From: an uncultured Burkholderiales bacterium
GTDB lineage: Bacteria > Actinomycetota > Acidimicrobiia > IMCC26256 > JAGPDB01
Length of the DNA stretch: 64,000 nt
Direction: 5' to 3'
Assembly: GCA_964391505.1 (NCBI GenBank)
Contig: CAYMMG010000004.1
Span: 2,920 to 66,919 of the forward strand
The notes under the pieces: generated by a model
Seen by the model: only the letters and a program-made list of their open reading frames with translations
What the model was told of the DNA's origin: nothing
Database searches by the model: none
Shown: in pieces, positions 30,551-40,281 of the stretch
Position numbering within the stretch: the stretch's first letter is position 1
Layout of the letters: every line of letters begins with the position of its first letter
Translations under genes and position numbers: made by a program

Positions 30551-31254
30551 TCTTCACCCGCCGTGTTTTCTGCGTCAGAACCGGAAATAACTTCGTTCGT
30601 CGAAAGCTTTTCTTTGAGGCCTGGCCTCTGACCTTCGCTGGCAAAAGAATCTGCTTCGGGCATTAAGGCCAGGCCTCGTTGCCCAGTCCCCATGATCAGA
30701 CCTTCGGAGTCTGGAAATTCTGAATCGAGAAAGTCCACTGTGCTTGTCGCGCGTCGCGCAAGAACAACAGCTCCAATAACAGCCGCTACTAAGAGAACAG
30801 CTGTGAGTTCAAAAACCCAGACATACTTTGTAAAAAGTGTTTGTGCCACGATTTCGATATTGGTGAGTTTCCCTTGGTCGAGAGAAGCCGTAACGCTTTG
30901 TGCTCCTTGAGCCCATTTAGTTCCACCCACAAGGAGCAACGTTGCAGCAAAGAGAACAGAGATCGATGTTGCAATAAGGCGTTGATGATCTAATGGTTCG
31001 TCTTCATCCATGTCCGAACGGTCAACACCCAAAAGCATAATGACGAAAAGAAAAAGAATAACAACGGCACTTGCATACACGATCACTTGCACCGCTGCTG
31101 CCAAGTCAGCTCCCAAAAGAACATAGTGAACAGCAATACTCATTAATGCCATGACGAGAAACATTGCGCTATGCACAGGATTACGTGCAGTAACAACACC
31201 TATCGCCCCCACAAGAGTAGTCAAACCCGCAAGATAGAAAATCACCGCTATCAC
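30547..31254 (-). CDS. nuoJ: Complex I subunit J (operon 2) with repeat-derived tail
   Basis: NPVHSA, VQVIVYASAVVILFLFVIML, FELTAVLL. Confidence 0.93.
   Translation of the reverse strand: MIAVIFYLAGLTTLVGAIGVVTARNPVHSAMFLVMALMSIAVHYVLLGADLAAAVQVIVYASAVVILFLFVIMLLGVDRSDMDEDEPLDHQRLIATSISVLFAATLLLVGGTKWAQGAQSVTASLDQGKLTNIEIVAQTLFTKYVWVFELTAVLLVAAVIGAVVLARRATSTVDFLDSEFPDSEGLIMGTGQRGLALMPEADSFASEGQRPGLKEKLSTNEVISGSDAENTAGEE
30616..30677 (-). repeat. In-frame palindromic element, copy 2 (in nuoJ2)
   Basis: 12-bp perfect IR GAGGCCTGGCCT/AGGCCAGGCCTC; encodes RGLALMPEADSFASEGQRPGLK. Confidence 0.9.
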
Positions 31255-31937
31255 TTTTTACCCGCCAGATCTTCATGCACCGAAAGTTTTTTCTTGAGGT
31301 CTGACCTCTGACTCTCGTTTACAAGAGCATCTTCGTCGGGCATTGAGATCAGACCTCGTTGTCCAGTCTCTGGTTGACGCACACCAAATCCACGTTCGCC
31401 ACTCCACCCTACTTTTCCTATGTAGTCTGCATCGCCACTCGCTGCCGTTGCGCGCATCCAACCAGAAGTATTGTCATCTTCATGGCCATGCCACAGCTCC
31501 CAAGGTAACCGTTTCACGCGTCCCTCATCGTCGACCACTAATTCGTTCTTTGTATAGATCGCATCATTTCGGTTCGTAAATGAGAACTCAAAAAGCTTGC
31601 TTTCCGTAATTGCTTCTGTGGGGCACGCCTCGACACACAGGTCGCAGTGGATGCATCGCAAATAGTTGATTTCGTAGACATAACCGAAACGTTCCCCCGG
31701 CGAAGTGGGATTTTCGGGATCATTATCTTTCCCACGAACAAAAATACATTTTGCTGGACATACGCCCGCGCATAATTCACAACCGATACACTTTTCCATT
31801 CCATCTTCGTATTTATTCAGTACATGACGGCCATGAAAACGGTCGGGCTTGTCGCGCTTCACTTTGGGGTAGCGACCCGTGACTTTTTTCTTAAAAACTT
31901 GTGAAAGCGTGATGCGAAAACCTGTGAACTGACCCAT
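31251..31937 (-). CDS. nuoI: Complex I subunit I (operon 2) with repeat-derived tail
   Basis: RFHGRH, CIGCELCAGVCP, CIHCDLCVEACP. Confidence 0.95.
   Translation of the reverse strand: MGQFTGFRITLSQVFKKKVTGRYPKVKRDKPDRFHGRHVLNKYEDGMEKCIGCELCAGVCPAKCIFVRGKDNDPENPTSPGERFGYVYEINYLRCIHCDLCVEACPTEAITESKLFEFSFTNRNDAIYTKNELVVDDEGRVKRLPWELWHGHEDDNTSGWMRATAASGDADYIGKVGWSGERGFGVRQPETGQRGLISMPDEDALVNESQRSDLKKKLSVHEDLAGKK
31296..31357 (-). repeat. In-frame palindromic element, copy 3 (in nuoI2)
   Basis: GAGGTCTGACCTC/GAGATCAGACCTC (12 of 13), 36-bp spacer; encodes RGLISMPDEDALVNESQRSDLK. Confidence 0.9.
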
Positions 31938-33238
31938 TAGACATCCACCTTATCGCGCGGCAAAGGAAACTCGTCCACCGATTCATCTTCTCCAGGAATA
32001 CACGCCCTCAGCGTGTAATAAATTCCGAAGGAGACAAGCACAGCAGCTACTGCAGAAAAGATTGCAGTCACTTGTTGAGCATTCATCGAGCCAATCGTGA
32101 CGTTTATAAAATCCCATTCATAGGCGCGTGAAGTCCGAAGAACCAACATTGTAGCTACCCAGAGGAAAGAGGCCTCGATCATATACTTCCACCCGACTTG
32201 CATCAATTGGTCGTACCTCAAACGTGGCAACGATGCGCGAATCCATACTGTTCCGTATAACAAAATCAAAAGTTTTCCCATGAAGTAAGCAACGGGCATG
32301 ATCCATGTATTGAGCCAGTGATTATCAGCAACGAAGCCGAGCGAAGGGCCAGACGGCCCTCCCAGAAAGAGGGTCACAGCAACGGCGCTCATGGTTATGA
32401 GGTTCATGAATTCCGCAAGAAAGAAAATCGCAAAACGAATCCCGGTGTATTCAGTGTGGAAACCACCCACCAGTTCTTGTTCAGCTTCTACCAAGTCAAA
32501 GGGAGGATGGTTTGTCTCGGCAATTGCAGAGAAGAGGAAAAGAACGAAGGAAATAAATGCCGGAATGATAAACCAGTTAAATAGCGGCCAATCTCCGATA
32601 TTCGACAGCGACCAGGTTCCTTGTGACTGTGAATCCACTATGACACGTGTCGAAAGTGATCCAGACTGGATTACTGCTCCAATGACCGCAAGACCAAGCG
32701 TTGCTTCATAACTAAGAAGTTGTGCACTTGCTCGAACAGCACCAAGAAGTGGATACTTCGAGCCAGACGACCATCCTGCTAAAAGGATTCCATAGAGTCC
32801 AAGACCAGACATCATAAGCAACCATAAGATTCCCATAGGAACCTCAATGAGTTGAAGATTGGTTCGATGTCCTGCGATGACCACGGTTCCACCAATAGGA
32901 ATAATTGCGAAAGCAAGGAAGGCGGGAACCATTGCGAAGTATGGAGCCAAACGGAACATTGCTTTATCTGCACTGTCAGGTATTGATTGTTCCTTAAAGA
33001 AGAGCTTTGTTCCATCTGCCAAAGTTTGAAGAAGACCAAAAGGTCCCGCCGATGCTGGACCAACGCGGTTTTGCATGTCGGCGATAACTTTGCGCATGAA
33101 CCATACGTAGAACATCACGCCTACAAGCAAAATAACGAAAATTGCGACTGCCTTACCCGCAAGGATGAGGACCGTCGTTAGATCAAGTTTGCTTGCATCG
33201 ATCGGATCCGCTGCAGCGAGGAATGAAGAGAGTGACAC
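31937..33238 (-). CDS. nuoH: Complex I subunit H (operon 2)
   Basis: MQNRVGP, PFDLVEAEQELVGGFHTEY, PRLRYDQLM. Confidence 0.95.
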   Translation of the reverse strand: MSLSSFLAAADPIDASKLDLTTVLILAGKAVAIFVILLVGVMFYVWFMRKVIADMQNRVGPASAGPFGLLQTLADGTKLFFKEQSIPDSADKAMFRLAPYFAMVPAFLAFAIIPIGGTVVIAGHRTNLQLIEVPMGILWLLMMSGLGLYGILLAGWSSGSKYPLLGAVRASAQLLSYEATLGLAVIGAVIQSGSLSTRVIVDSQSQGTWSLSNIGDWPLFNWFIIPAFISFVLFLFSAIAETNHPPFDLVEAEQELVGGFHTEYTGIRFAIFFLAEFMNLITMSAVAVTLFLGGPSGPSLGFVADNHWLNTWIMPVAYFMGKLLILLYGTVWIRASLPRLRYDQLMQVGWKYMIEASFLWVATMLVLRTSRAYEWDFINVTIGSMNAQQVTAIFSAVAAVLVSFGIYYTLRACIPGEDESVDEFPLPRDKVDV

Positions 33239-35911
33239 TTACTTCCCTTCCACTCGCAGGTCGGTAACTGAAACATCTGCACGCACTAATGCACGTAGAG
33301 GGTGCGAAGACGTCATCGTGGCAAGTGCAATGCCTCTCATCATATTTTTATCGGGAACGACACGAATATCGACAGTGCCGTTATCGTTGACAAGACGCAC
33401 GAGATTATCATCGCGCACAGATATGGATTCAAGATCTTTGGGATGCATGCGCACTACATCATTCAGCTGAGCCGACACAACGGGGGCAAGTGCGCCAGAA
33501 TTCATTTTCAATGTCGACGGCCCGTGGAAAGAATCGATAAATACTAAACGCAAGGCATATTGGTCGAGGTGATGCGCATGAGCGCTTTCACGTTCAAAAG
33601 CCGAAGTAATCATTGCGCTATAAATAATGTTCGCGCTGGGGTGATGCTCTTCATGGTCGAGTTCTTCTACTGGATCTTCATCTGCAGCAGCGCGAGAAGC
33701 AATAGGTTCCCAACTAGGTGTTTGTACGAGCGGTGCCTGACTTCCCACAAGAGCATCTTTGTTTTCGTCGATGGGAACGATCGCTCCGTCGCGAGCCCTG
33801 GAAAGAACTGTGGTTGTTATGTGAGCGAACGAAGGTGCAACCCGTGCGATCTCATTCGTTATATCTTCGACAGTTTCAAATGTTGTCGGAGAGTCGAGGC
33901 GCTCCGAGAGAAGATCAGCTATTTTCCAGTCATCAAAAACATTGCCTTGAGGAGCAACGATCTGGACAACACGCTGTACACGACCTTCAATATTTGTAAC
34001 TGTGCCATCTTTTTCATTCGCAACGGTTGTCGGGATAAAGATATCTGCGTGCTGCGTCGATTCGTTGAGGAAAGCATCTAAAGCAATAATGTTTTCACAA
34101 TTTTCTAAAGCCTGTTGGGCAAGGGTTGCATCCGGGAAATGTGCAACGGGGTTTGCTCCTACAAGAATAAGAACTTTGACATCACCTGATGCGGCTTTTC
34201 GCAGAATTGATGTTGTGTCGCTTTGTGAGTGTGCACCCACTTTGGTGGGAACTCGTGGCCATGTTCCTACATTGGAAACGCTTGTGTCGGCAACACGTCC
34301 AGGCAGTAACCCTGGAGCCAATCCCATTTCGTAGGCACCATGCATATTCGATGTTGTAACAGCAGGAAGAAGATAAACGTTTTCCGATGTGAGCAGTGAT
34401 TGAACGAGTTCTGAAAAAGTACCTCGATCTTGAGCAGTATTGATATCTCCCGCAATCAGAATAATCTTGCCATTAGATGCTTTATGAGATCCTTCGCTAG
34501 CTCCTTCGCTCCGCTCAGGACTCCCTCCGGTCGGCTCTGGATGACTTTCAAGGTTTTGAATTGCTTCACGGATTAAACGCTCTGCTTGTTTTTCATCACC
34601 AGGAACGAGATCGATATGATGCGTACTCATCTTTTTAGTAGCTGCTGGAAACGAATTGACATCAATAAGCGGAATACTGTTTTCAGTAAAAGCTTTGCGC
34701 GCACGCAAGAAAACAAGCGGAAGCGATTCTTTAATATCTATTCCTAATGTAATGATGGCCGCCGCGTTATCGATATCAGAAATACGCGCACGTCGGGACG
34801 ACAGAACGAGATCAGCAGGCAAAGAATTACCCAGCTGCGAATCAACAAGCGATGTGCCAATCACACCCTTCGCTAAACGTGAAATCGCATAAGCATCTTC
34901 ATTCGTACCATGAGCTCCACCGAGAAAGGCTATGGATTCTGGTCCATGTTGTGCAATGGCTTCTGCAATGACCGATGCTGCCGCATCAAGTGCCGTATTG
35001 AGGTGAGTATCCTGCTGCTTGCCCCCATCAAGAATAAAAGGAGAACGGATGCGATCAGGTGATTGCATAAAATCAAAACCGTAGCGACCATTGTCACACA
35101 GCCACCCTTGGTTAATTGCTTGGGAATCGACGCCCAGAAAGCGCACCATTTCGTTGCGAGACGATTGAGCAACACCTTTACAGCCAATGGAACAACCGGA
35201 ACAGGTTGTCTCATTACTTACAAGGTCCCATGGGCGTGCATTAAAACGATAAGGCTCTGCAGTTAACGCCCCGACAGGACATATCTGAACAATATTTCCT
35301 GAGAAGTATGAAGCAAAGGGATCACCGGGGAAAGTATTAACTTCAGTCTGTCCGCCACGTTCAACAAAAGTGATGAGTGGGTCACCTGCAACATCATCAG
35401 CAAAACGAGTACAGCGCGAACATTGAATACAACGTTCTCGGTCAAGAAGGACATGATCAGATATTTCGATAGGTTTTTCCCAGTGTCGCTTTTCTTCAAC
35501 AAAACGTGATTCGCCCGGACCAAAACTTAATGTCTGATCTTGAAGCGGACACTCTCCACCACGGTCACATACAGGACAGTCGAGAGGGTGATTGATAAGT
35601 AAAAATTCAAGAACCCCGTCTTGAGCTTTGTCGACATTATCTTTTCTAAAGTGAACAACCATTCCATCTGTTACAGGAGTTGTGCAGGCTGGAGGAAGTC
35701 CTCGAACCCCCTCAATTTCCACCAAGCACATGCGGCACATGCCGACGGGCTTCAAGCGATCGTGATAGCAGAAGCGAGGAATGAAAACGCCTGCACGTTG
35801 AGCGGCAGTTATCAAAAGCTCACCTTTGGCAGCTTCGACGCTTTGACCATCGATAGTTAGTGTCACTGTATCTTCATCAGTTTTTGGAGATTCAGGAACT
35901 GTAGTTGTCAT
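33239..35911 (-). CDS. nuoG: Complex I subunit G
   Basis: IPRFCYH..CRMCLVE, HPLDCPVCDRGGECPLQ, CIQCSRC, CSGCSIGC. Confidence 0.95.
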   Translation of the reverse strand: MTTTVPESPKTDEDTVTLTIDGQSVEAAKGELLITAAQRAGVFIPRFCYHDRLKPVGMCRMCLVEIEGVRGLPPACTTPVTDGMVVHFRKDNVDKAQDGVLEFLLINHPLDCPVCDRGGECPLQDQTLSFGPGESRFVEEKRHWEKPIEISDHVLLDRERCIQCSRCTRFADDVAGDPLITFVERGGQTEVNTFPGDPFASYFSGNIVQICPVGALTAEPYRFNARPWDLVSNETTCSGCSIGCKGVAQSSRNEMVRFLGVDSQAINQGWLCDNGRYGFDFMQSPDRIRSPFILDGGKQQDTHLNTALDAAASVIAEAIAQHGPESIAFLGGAHGTNEDAYAISRLAKGVIGTSLVDSQLGNSLPADLVLSSRRARISDIDNAAAIITLGIDIKESLPLVFLRARKAFTENSIPLIDVNSFPAATKKMSTHHIDLVPGDEKQAERLIREAIQNLESHPEPTGGSPERSEGASEGSHKASNGKIILIAGDINTAQDRGTFSELVQSLLTSENVYLLPAVTTSNMHGAYEMGLAPGLLPGRVADTSVSNVGTWPRVPTKVGAHSQSDTTSILRKAASGDVKVLILVGANPVAHFPDATLAQQALENCENIIALDAFLNESTQHADIFIPTTVANEKDGTVTNIEGRVQRVVQIVAPQGNVFDDWKIADLLSERLDSPTTFETVEDITNEIARVAPSFAHITTTVLSRARDGAIVPIDENKDALVGSQAPLVQTPSWEPIASRAAADEDPVEELDHEEHHPSANIIYSAMITSAFERESAHAHHLDQYALRLVFIDSFHGPSTLKMNSGALAPVVSAQLNDVVRMHPKDLESISVRDDNLVRLVNDNGTVDIRVVPDKNMMRGIALATMTSSHPLRALVRADVSVTDLRVEGK
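34486..34545 (-). repeat. REP-like element (GAGATCCTTCG...GGATGAC family) in frame within nuoG
   Basis: GAGATCCTTCGCT..CCTTCGCTCCGCTCAGGA..GGATGAC, 60 bp; encodes SHPEPTGGSPERSEGASEGS. Confidence 0.75.
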
Positions 35912-35997
35912 AGTGCAGCCTCCGTGCCAGAACCGACGGTAGCTTCGGTCGTTGGAAGTTTCTCTTTAAGGTCTGACCTCTGACTGTGCTTATACAT
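35908..35997 (-). CDS. Candidate 29-aa mini-ORF bridging nuoF and nuoG (MYKHSQRSDLKEKLPTTEATVGSGTEAAL)
   Basis: GAGGT SD-like motif before ATG; start lies in the last nuoF codons; TGA overlaps nuoG ATG (ATGA). Confidence 0.5.
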   Translation of the reverse strand: MYKHSQRSDLKEKLPTTEATVGSGTEAAL

Positions 35998-36033
35998 GAC
36001 TTACCTCTTCGTCGGGTATTGAGGTCAGACCTT
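35968..36033 (-). repeat. Palindromic element, copy 4 (end of nuoF), spacer 4 bp longer
   Basis: 13-bp perfect IR AAGGTCTGACCTC/GAGGTCAGACCTT, 40-bp spacer containing the nuoF stop. Confidence 0.9.
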
Positions 36034-37327
36034 GTTGGCCAGCCCCTATACGGGACAAAACTTCTTCACGGAAAAACTTATTCAAACTTACAACGCAAGA
36101 CACAGCACTAGGACCCAAGGGACAAATGGTTGTTTGAGAAAAAGGAGCATTCAGTCCTGGAGAGATGTTGTCACCTACATCGAGCAGCATATCGAGATCA
36201 CTTGGTCGACCCTGACCATGTGACATTCGATAGAGAACTTTTTCAAGCCAGCCCGTTCCTTCGCGACACGGAGTGCATTTTCCACAACTTTCATGTGCAT
36301 AGAATTTTGCAAGTCTCCATGCAACAAGAATAGGGTCAGTCGTTTGGTCGTAAACCATAACAGCTCCTGAACCCAACATGACACCAAAACGTTGACCGAC
36401 TTCGTCCATGTCCAAGGGACAATCAAGATGTTCATCACTTCCAATAAGCCACTGCGAAGAACCGCCGCCAGGAATGAAGAATTTCACCCGTCCGCCAGCG
36501 CGCATGCCTCCCGCCAAGTCATCAATTAATTGACGGAAAGTAATACCGAGTTCTACTTCATAATTACCTGGATTGTTCACATGACCAGAGACAGAGAAAA
36601 TTCTTGTTCCCGTTGATTTTTTTACACCAAGTGCTGCGTACTTTTCTCCACCCATATCAATAATGTGAGGAACGGTAGCGATTGTTTCTACATTGTTAAC
36701 AACGGTTGGTTTTGCATACAGTCCAGCAATCGCAGGAAAAGGAGGTCGCAGTCGCGGCATTCCTCTTTCGCCTTCGAGAGATTCGAGCAAAGCCGTTTCT
36801 TCTCCACATATATATGCTCCGGCTCCACGATGAATCACAATATCAAGATCAAAACCAGTACCCTCAATATCGTTTCCTACAAAACCTCTTTCACGAGCCT
36901 GCTTTAATGCACCACTAAGTCGATCGTAAGCAAGGGCTAGTTCGCCACGAAGATATATGAAGGCTTTGTTCGACTTGATCGCATACGCAGAACAGATAAT
37001 TCCTTCAATCAATTGGTGAGGGTCACGCACAAGCAGCATGTGGTCTTTAAAAGTTGAAGGTTCACCTTCATCTGCATTAATAACAAGATATCGAGGAAAG
37101 GAATCGGGAGGAAGGAAGGACCACTTCATTCCCGTTGGGAATCCACCGCCACCGCGGCCGCGTAATCCTGAAGTTTTAACATGCTCAACAATGTCATCAG
37201 GGTTCATGCGTAAAGCACGTTTCGCTACTTCGTATCCACCGAGAGAAATGTACGTGTCGATATTATGAGCATCTTCACTCTCATGCATGCGCTTAGTAAT
37301 GATTCGCGTTTCCGTTACTGTCGGCAT
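35990..37327 (-). CDS. nuoF: Complex I subunit F (FMN/NADH binding)
   Basis: SGLRGRGGGGFPTG, NADEGEP, YICGEETAL, ESCGKCTPCREG. Confidence 0.97.
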   Translation of the reverse strand: MPTVTETRIITKRMHESEDAHNIDTYISLGGYEVAKRALRMNPDDIVEHVKTSGLRGRGGGGFPTGMKWSFLPPDSFPRYLVINADEGEPSTFKDHMLLVRDPHQLIEGIICSAYAIKSNKAFIYLRGELALAYDRLSGALKQARERGFVGNDIEGTGFDLDIVIHRGAGAYICGEETALLESLEGERGMPRLRPPFPAIAGLYAKPTVVNNVETIATVPHIIDMGGEKYAALGVKKSTGTRIFSVSGHVNNPGNYEVELGITFRQLIDDLAGGMRAGGRVKFFIPGGGSSQWLIGSDEHLDCPLDMDEVGQRFGVMLGSGAVMVYDQTTDPILVAWRLAKFYAHESCGKCTPCREGTGWLEKVLYRMSHGQGRPSDLDMLLDVGDNISPGLNAPFSQTTICPLGPSAVSCVVSLNKFFREEVLSRIGAGQQGLTSIPDEEVSHV

Positions 37328-37893
37328 CAGACTTCACCTGCTTCGGGGGAAGGCCGCACCTGCTGTGCAGTCGCTTCGCTCCTGACACCAGGAACAACCT
37401 TAGTTTCGAGAAGTGTTCCTGAAATTGTGCGTGGAGTACGCGCACCCGACTTGTATTCTTCAACCACAACAACGGCTTCATCGGGTGTTACCTTTTCAAC
37501 GAACTCATAGTTGACCTGAAAACAAGGCGCGCCGTCACATTTTGCCAAACATTCCACTTCTTCGACAGTGACATCTTCATCCATTGCATATTTCTTCGCG
37601 AGTTTGCTATGAATTTCTGGTCCACCCACCACGAGACACGTAACGTTGGTGCACACAGAAACCAATAGTTTTCCTACAGGTTCACGTTTGAACATTGTGT
37701 AAAAGCTGCAGCTTCCGTTGACTTCAGCAGGTGTGACCTGAACAAGTTCCGCAATTTCACGCATGGCGTCTTCACTGAGGTATCCATCTTGATCTTGCGC
37801 CAAGTGCGCCAAAGGCAAGATTGCAGATTTTGTATAGGGATATTGCGCAATGATAGCGAGAGCCTTTTCTCGATTTGCAGAAGTAAAAGCCAT
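37327..37893 (-). CDS. nuoE: Complex I subunit E ([2Fe-2S])
   Basis: SFYTMF, CTNVTC, ECLAKCDGAP. Confidence 0.95.
   Translation of the reverse strand: MAFTSANREKALAIIAQYPYTKSAILPLAHLAQDQDGYLSEDAMREIAELVQVTPAEVNGSCSFYTMFKREPVGKLLVSVCTNVTCLVVGGPEIHSKLAKKYAMDEDVTVEEVECLAKCDGAPCFQVNYEFVEKVTPDEAVVVVEEYKSGARTPRTISGTLLETKVVPGVRSEATAQQVRPSPEAGEV
37350..37401 (-). repeat. Imperfect hairpin with GGAGCGAAGCGAC core in the nuoE tail
   Basis: Minus strand AAGGTTGTTCCTG...CAGGTGCGGCCTT pairs with G-U wobbles and one mismatch. Confidence 0.5.
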
Positions 37894-39191
37894 TATCGAT
37901 CAACCTCGCCCATAATCGGATCAACACTGGAGATCACTGCAACTGCATCTGCAAAGTAACGGCCCTTCATCATGGGCACCATCGATTGCAGATTGTAAAA
38001 ACTTGGTCCACGTACATGCATGCGTAGCGGTTTGCTCTCTGAGTCAGAAACTATGTAGCAACCAATTTCGCCGCGTGGAGATTCAACAGCAGCATACGTT
38101 TCTCCCGCAGGAACTTTGAATCCTTCCGTGAAAAGCTTGAAATGGTGAATCAAAGCTTCCATCGATTCATCAATCCGCGCACGAGGAGGAGGTGTTACTT
38201 TTTTATCCTGGACTCGGTAGTCACCCTTGGGCATCATCTCGACACATTGTTTTACGATTTTCACAGATTCAAGAATCTCAAAAAGACGAATCCTGTATCG
38301 ATCGAAAACATCTCCGTTAGTCGTCGTAATTACGTCAAAGTCCACATCTTCGTAGGCCAGATAAGGTTGATCCTTTCGCAGATCCCAAGCATAGCCCGTC
38401 GATCGTAAAATCGGGCCCGTCGCACTAAGAGCCAACGCGTCTTCGGTGCTCAAAATACCCACACCCACCATACGTTCCTGGAAAATGGGGTTACCCGTCA
38501 AAATTTGATCATATTGGCGAACACCTTTTTCAACCAGTTCACATACTTTCAAAACATCTTTTTGCCAATCGTCAGGAAGGTCGGCAGCGATTCCTCCTAC
38601 GCGAATGAAGTTATGATTCATACGCAAACCCGTAATCTTTTCAAGAATCCGTAGAACTTCTTCTCGTTCACGCCATCCATAGATCATCATCGAAACTGCG
38701 CCGAGGTCCATGCCGTTCGTTGCTTGGAAAAGAAGGTGAGAAGAAATACGGTTCAGTTCGACCAAAAGCATCCGTGCCCATGTTGCACGTTCGGGAATGT
38801 TGATTCCTAAAAGTTTTTCCGTTGCAAGACAAAAAACAAGCTCATTGGATAGAGGCGATGCATAATCCATGCGCGTGACGTTGGTACAGCCTTGAACATA
38901 GGTAAGTTCTTCACCGGTCTTTTCCATACCGGTATGCAGGTAGCCAATGATTGGTTTTGCATCAAGAACAATTTCGCCGTCAAGTTCCACCATTAAACGC
39001 AAAACACCATGCGTCGATGGGTGTTGTGGTCCCATGTTGACGACCATGGTTTCATCAGAAACGTCTTCAGGCCACGGACCGCCAGTCATAATTATTTCTT
39101 TTTTCTTAAGAAGTTGGCTTCCTTCATGGGTTTGAAGAAACAGACGTTCGTTTACCGTCTCGTCCATATCGTGCGTGCGATTATCTGTCAT
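37893..39191 (-). CDS. nuoD: Complex I subunit D (operon 2)
   Basis: [30 protein letters not shown]. Confidence 0.97.
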   Translation of the reverse strand: MTDNRTHDMDETVNERLFLQTHEGSQLLKKKEIIMTGGPWPEDVSDETMVVNMGPQHPSTHGVLRLMVELDGEIVLDAKPIIGYLHTGMEKTGEELTYVQGCTNVTRMDYASPLSNELVFCLATEKLLGINIPERATWARMLLVELNRISSHLLFQATNGMDLGAVSMMIYGWREREEVLRILEKITGLRMNHNFIRVGGIAADLPDDWQKDVLKVCELVEKGVRQYDQILTGNPIFQERMVGVGILSTEDALALSATGPILRSTGYAWDLRKDQPYLAYEDVDFDVITTTNGDVFDRYRIRLFEILESVKIVKQCVEMMPKGDYRVQDKKVTPPPRARIDESMEALIHHFKLFTEGFKVPAGETYAAVESPRGEIGCYIVSDSESKPLRMHVRGPSFYNLQSMVPMMKGRYFADAVAVISSVDPIMGEVDR

Positions 39192-39709
39192 GAGAACACC
39201 CCATTATCGCGAGGAGCAAGATCGTCACTGAAGTTCACAGGAATACGTGCAGGTGCATCGTCTTTGCGAAGTGGAAAACCTTCCCATTCGTCAGGCATAA
39301 GAATGCGCGTCATATCGGGATGCCCGTCAAAAACAATTCCGTACATATCGAATACTTCACGCTCACCAAAATTCGCACCAGGAAAATACTCCACAATGGA
39401 ATTCACACGGGTATCGTGTTCATCAATAGGTACAATGAATCGAATGCGTTCGTTTCGGACATGAGAAATAAAGTTCGCGACGACTTCAAACCGCTCAGCA
39501 GTAATTCCTTCCACATGTACACGATCGTGCGCGCCTAAGTAATCAACAGCTGTCACGTCCAAACACATCACGACATCGCAATCAGATTTAAGAAATCCCG
39601 CCGCACGCTTATATGTGTCGCTATCCATATACAAAACGTCTTGGCCACAAGAGTCGCGGTATATGACGTCATTGAATTGCGAGTGCACCAGTGCTGCTAT
39701 TGAGTTCAT
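39188..39709 (-). CDS. nuoC: Complex I subunit C (operon 2)
   Basis: [22 protein letters not shown]. Confidence 0.93.
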   Translation of the reverse strand: MNSIAALVHSQFNDVIYRDSCGQDVLYMDSDTYKRAAGFLKSDCDVVMCLDVTAVDYLGAHDRVHVEGITAERFEVVANFISHVRNERIRFIVPIDEHDTRVNSIVEYFPGANFGEREVFDMYGIVFDGHPDMTRILMPDEWEGFPLRKDDAPARIPVNFSDDLAPRDNGVFS

Positions 39710-40281
39710 GTGGGAACCTTACGCACAGTTGGATTAGGGAGAAGTTTGCCTCCACCTGTTTGACCATCAAGTTGAGGAGCAGTAATGCCTAACCCTTTTC
39801 CATCACGCCGTTTCATAATGTCACCCGAAGAAACCGCATCATGCAAAGTAAGAATTCCATGCATCAATGTCTCCGGTCCCGGTGGACAACCAGGCACATA
39901 GACATCGACAGGAACAATTTGGTCGACACCTTGGACGATTGCATAATTATTAAACATTCCACCCGAACTTGCACACACGCCCATTGAGATCACCCATTTT
40001 GGTTCCGCCATTTGGTCGTATACCTGACGAAGAACCGGTGCCATCTTTTGGCTCACGCGACCTGCAACAATCATGAGATCGGCTTGGCGGGGAGACGCGC
40101 GGAAAACTTCCATTCCAAAACGCGCAAGATCGTAGTGCGCAGCGCCCGTAGCCATCATTTCAATTGCACAACAAGCAAGACCAAAAGATGCAGGCCACAT
40201 CGAGTTCTTCCGAGCCCACTGGACCATGTCCTCGAGCCGGCCCGTTAAAAAATTGTGTGAGACTGATTCAAGGCCCATCAT
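39706..40281 (-). CDS. nuoB: Complex I subunit B (operon 2)
   Basis: [24 protein letters not shown]. Confidence 0.96.
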   Translation of the reverse strand: MMGLESVSHNFLTGRLEDMVQWARKNSMWPASFGLACCAIEMMATGAAHYDLARFGMEVFRASPRQADLMIVAGRVSQKMAPVLRQVYDQMAEPKWVISMGVCASSGGMFNNYAIVQGVDQIVPVDVYVPGCPPGPETLMHGILTLHDAVSSGDIMKRRDGKGLGITAPQLDGQTGGGKLLPNPTVRKVPT

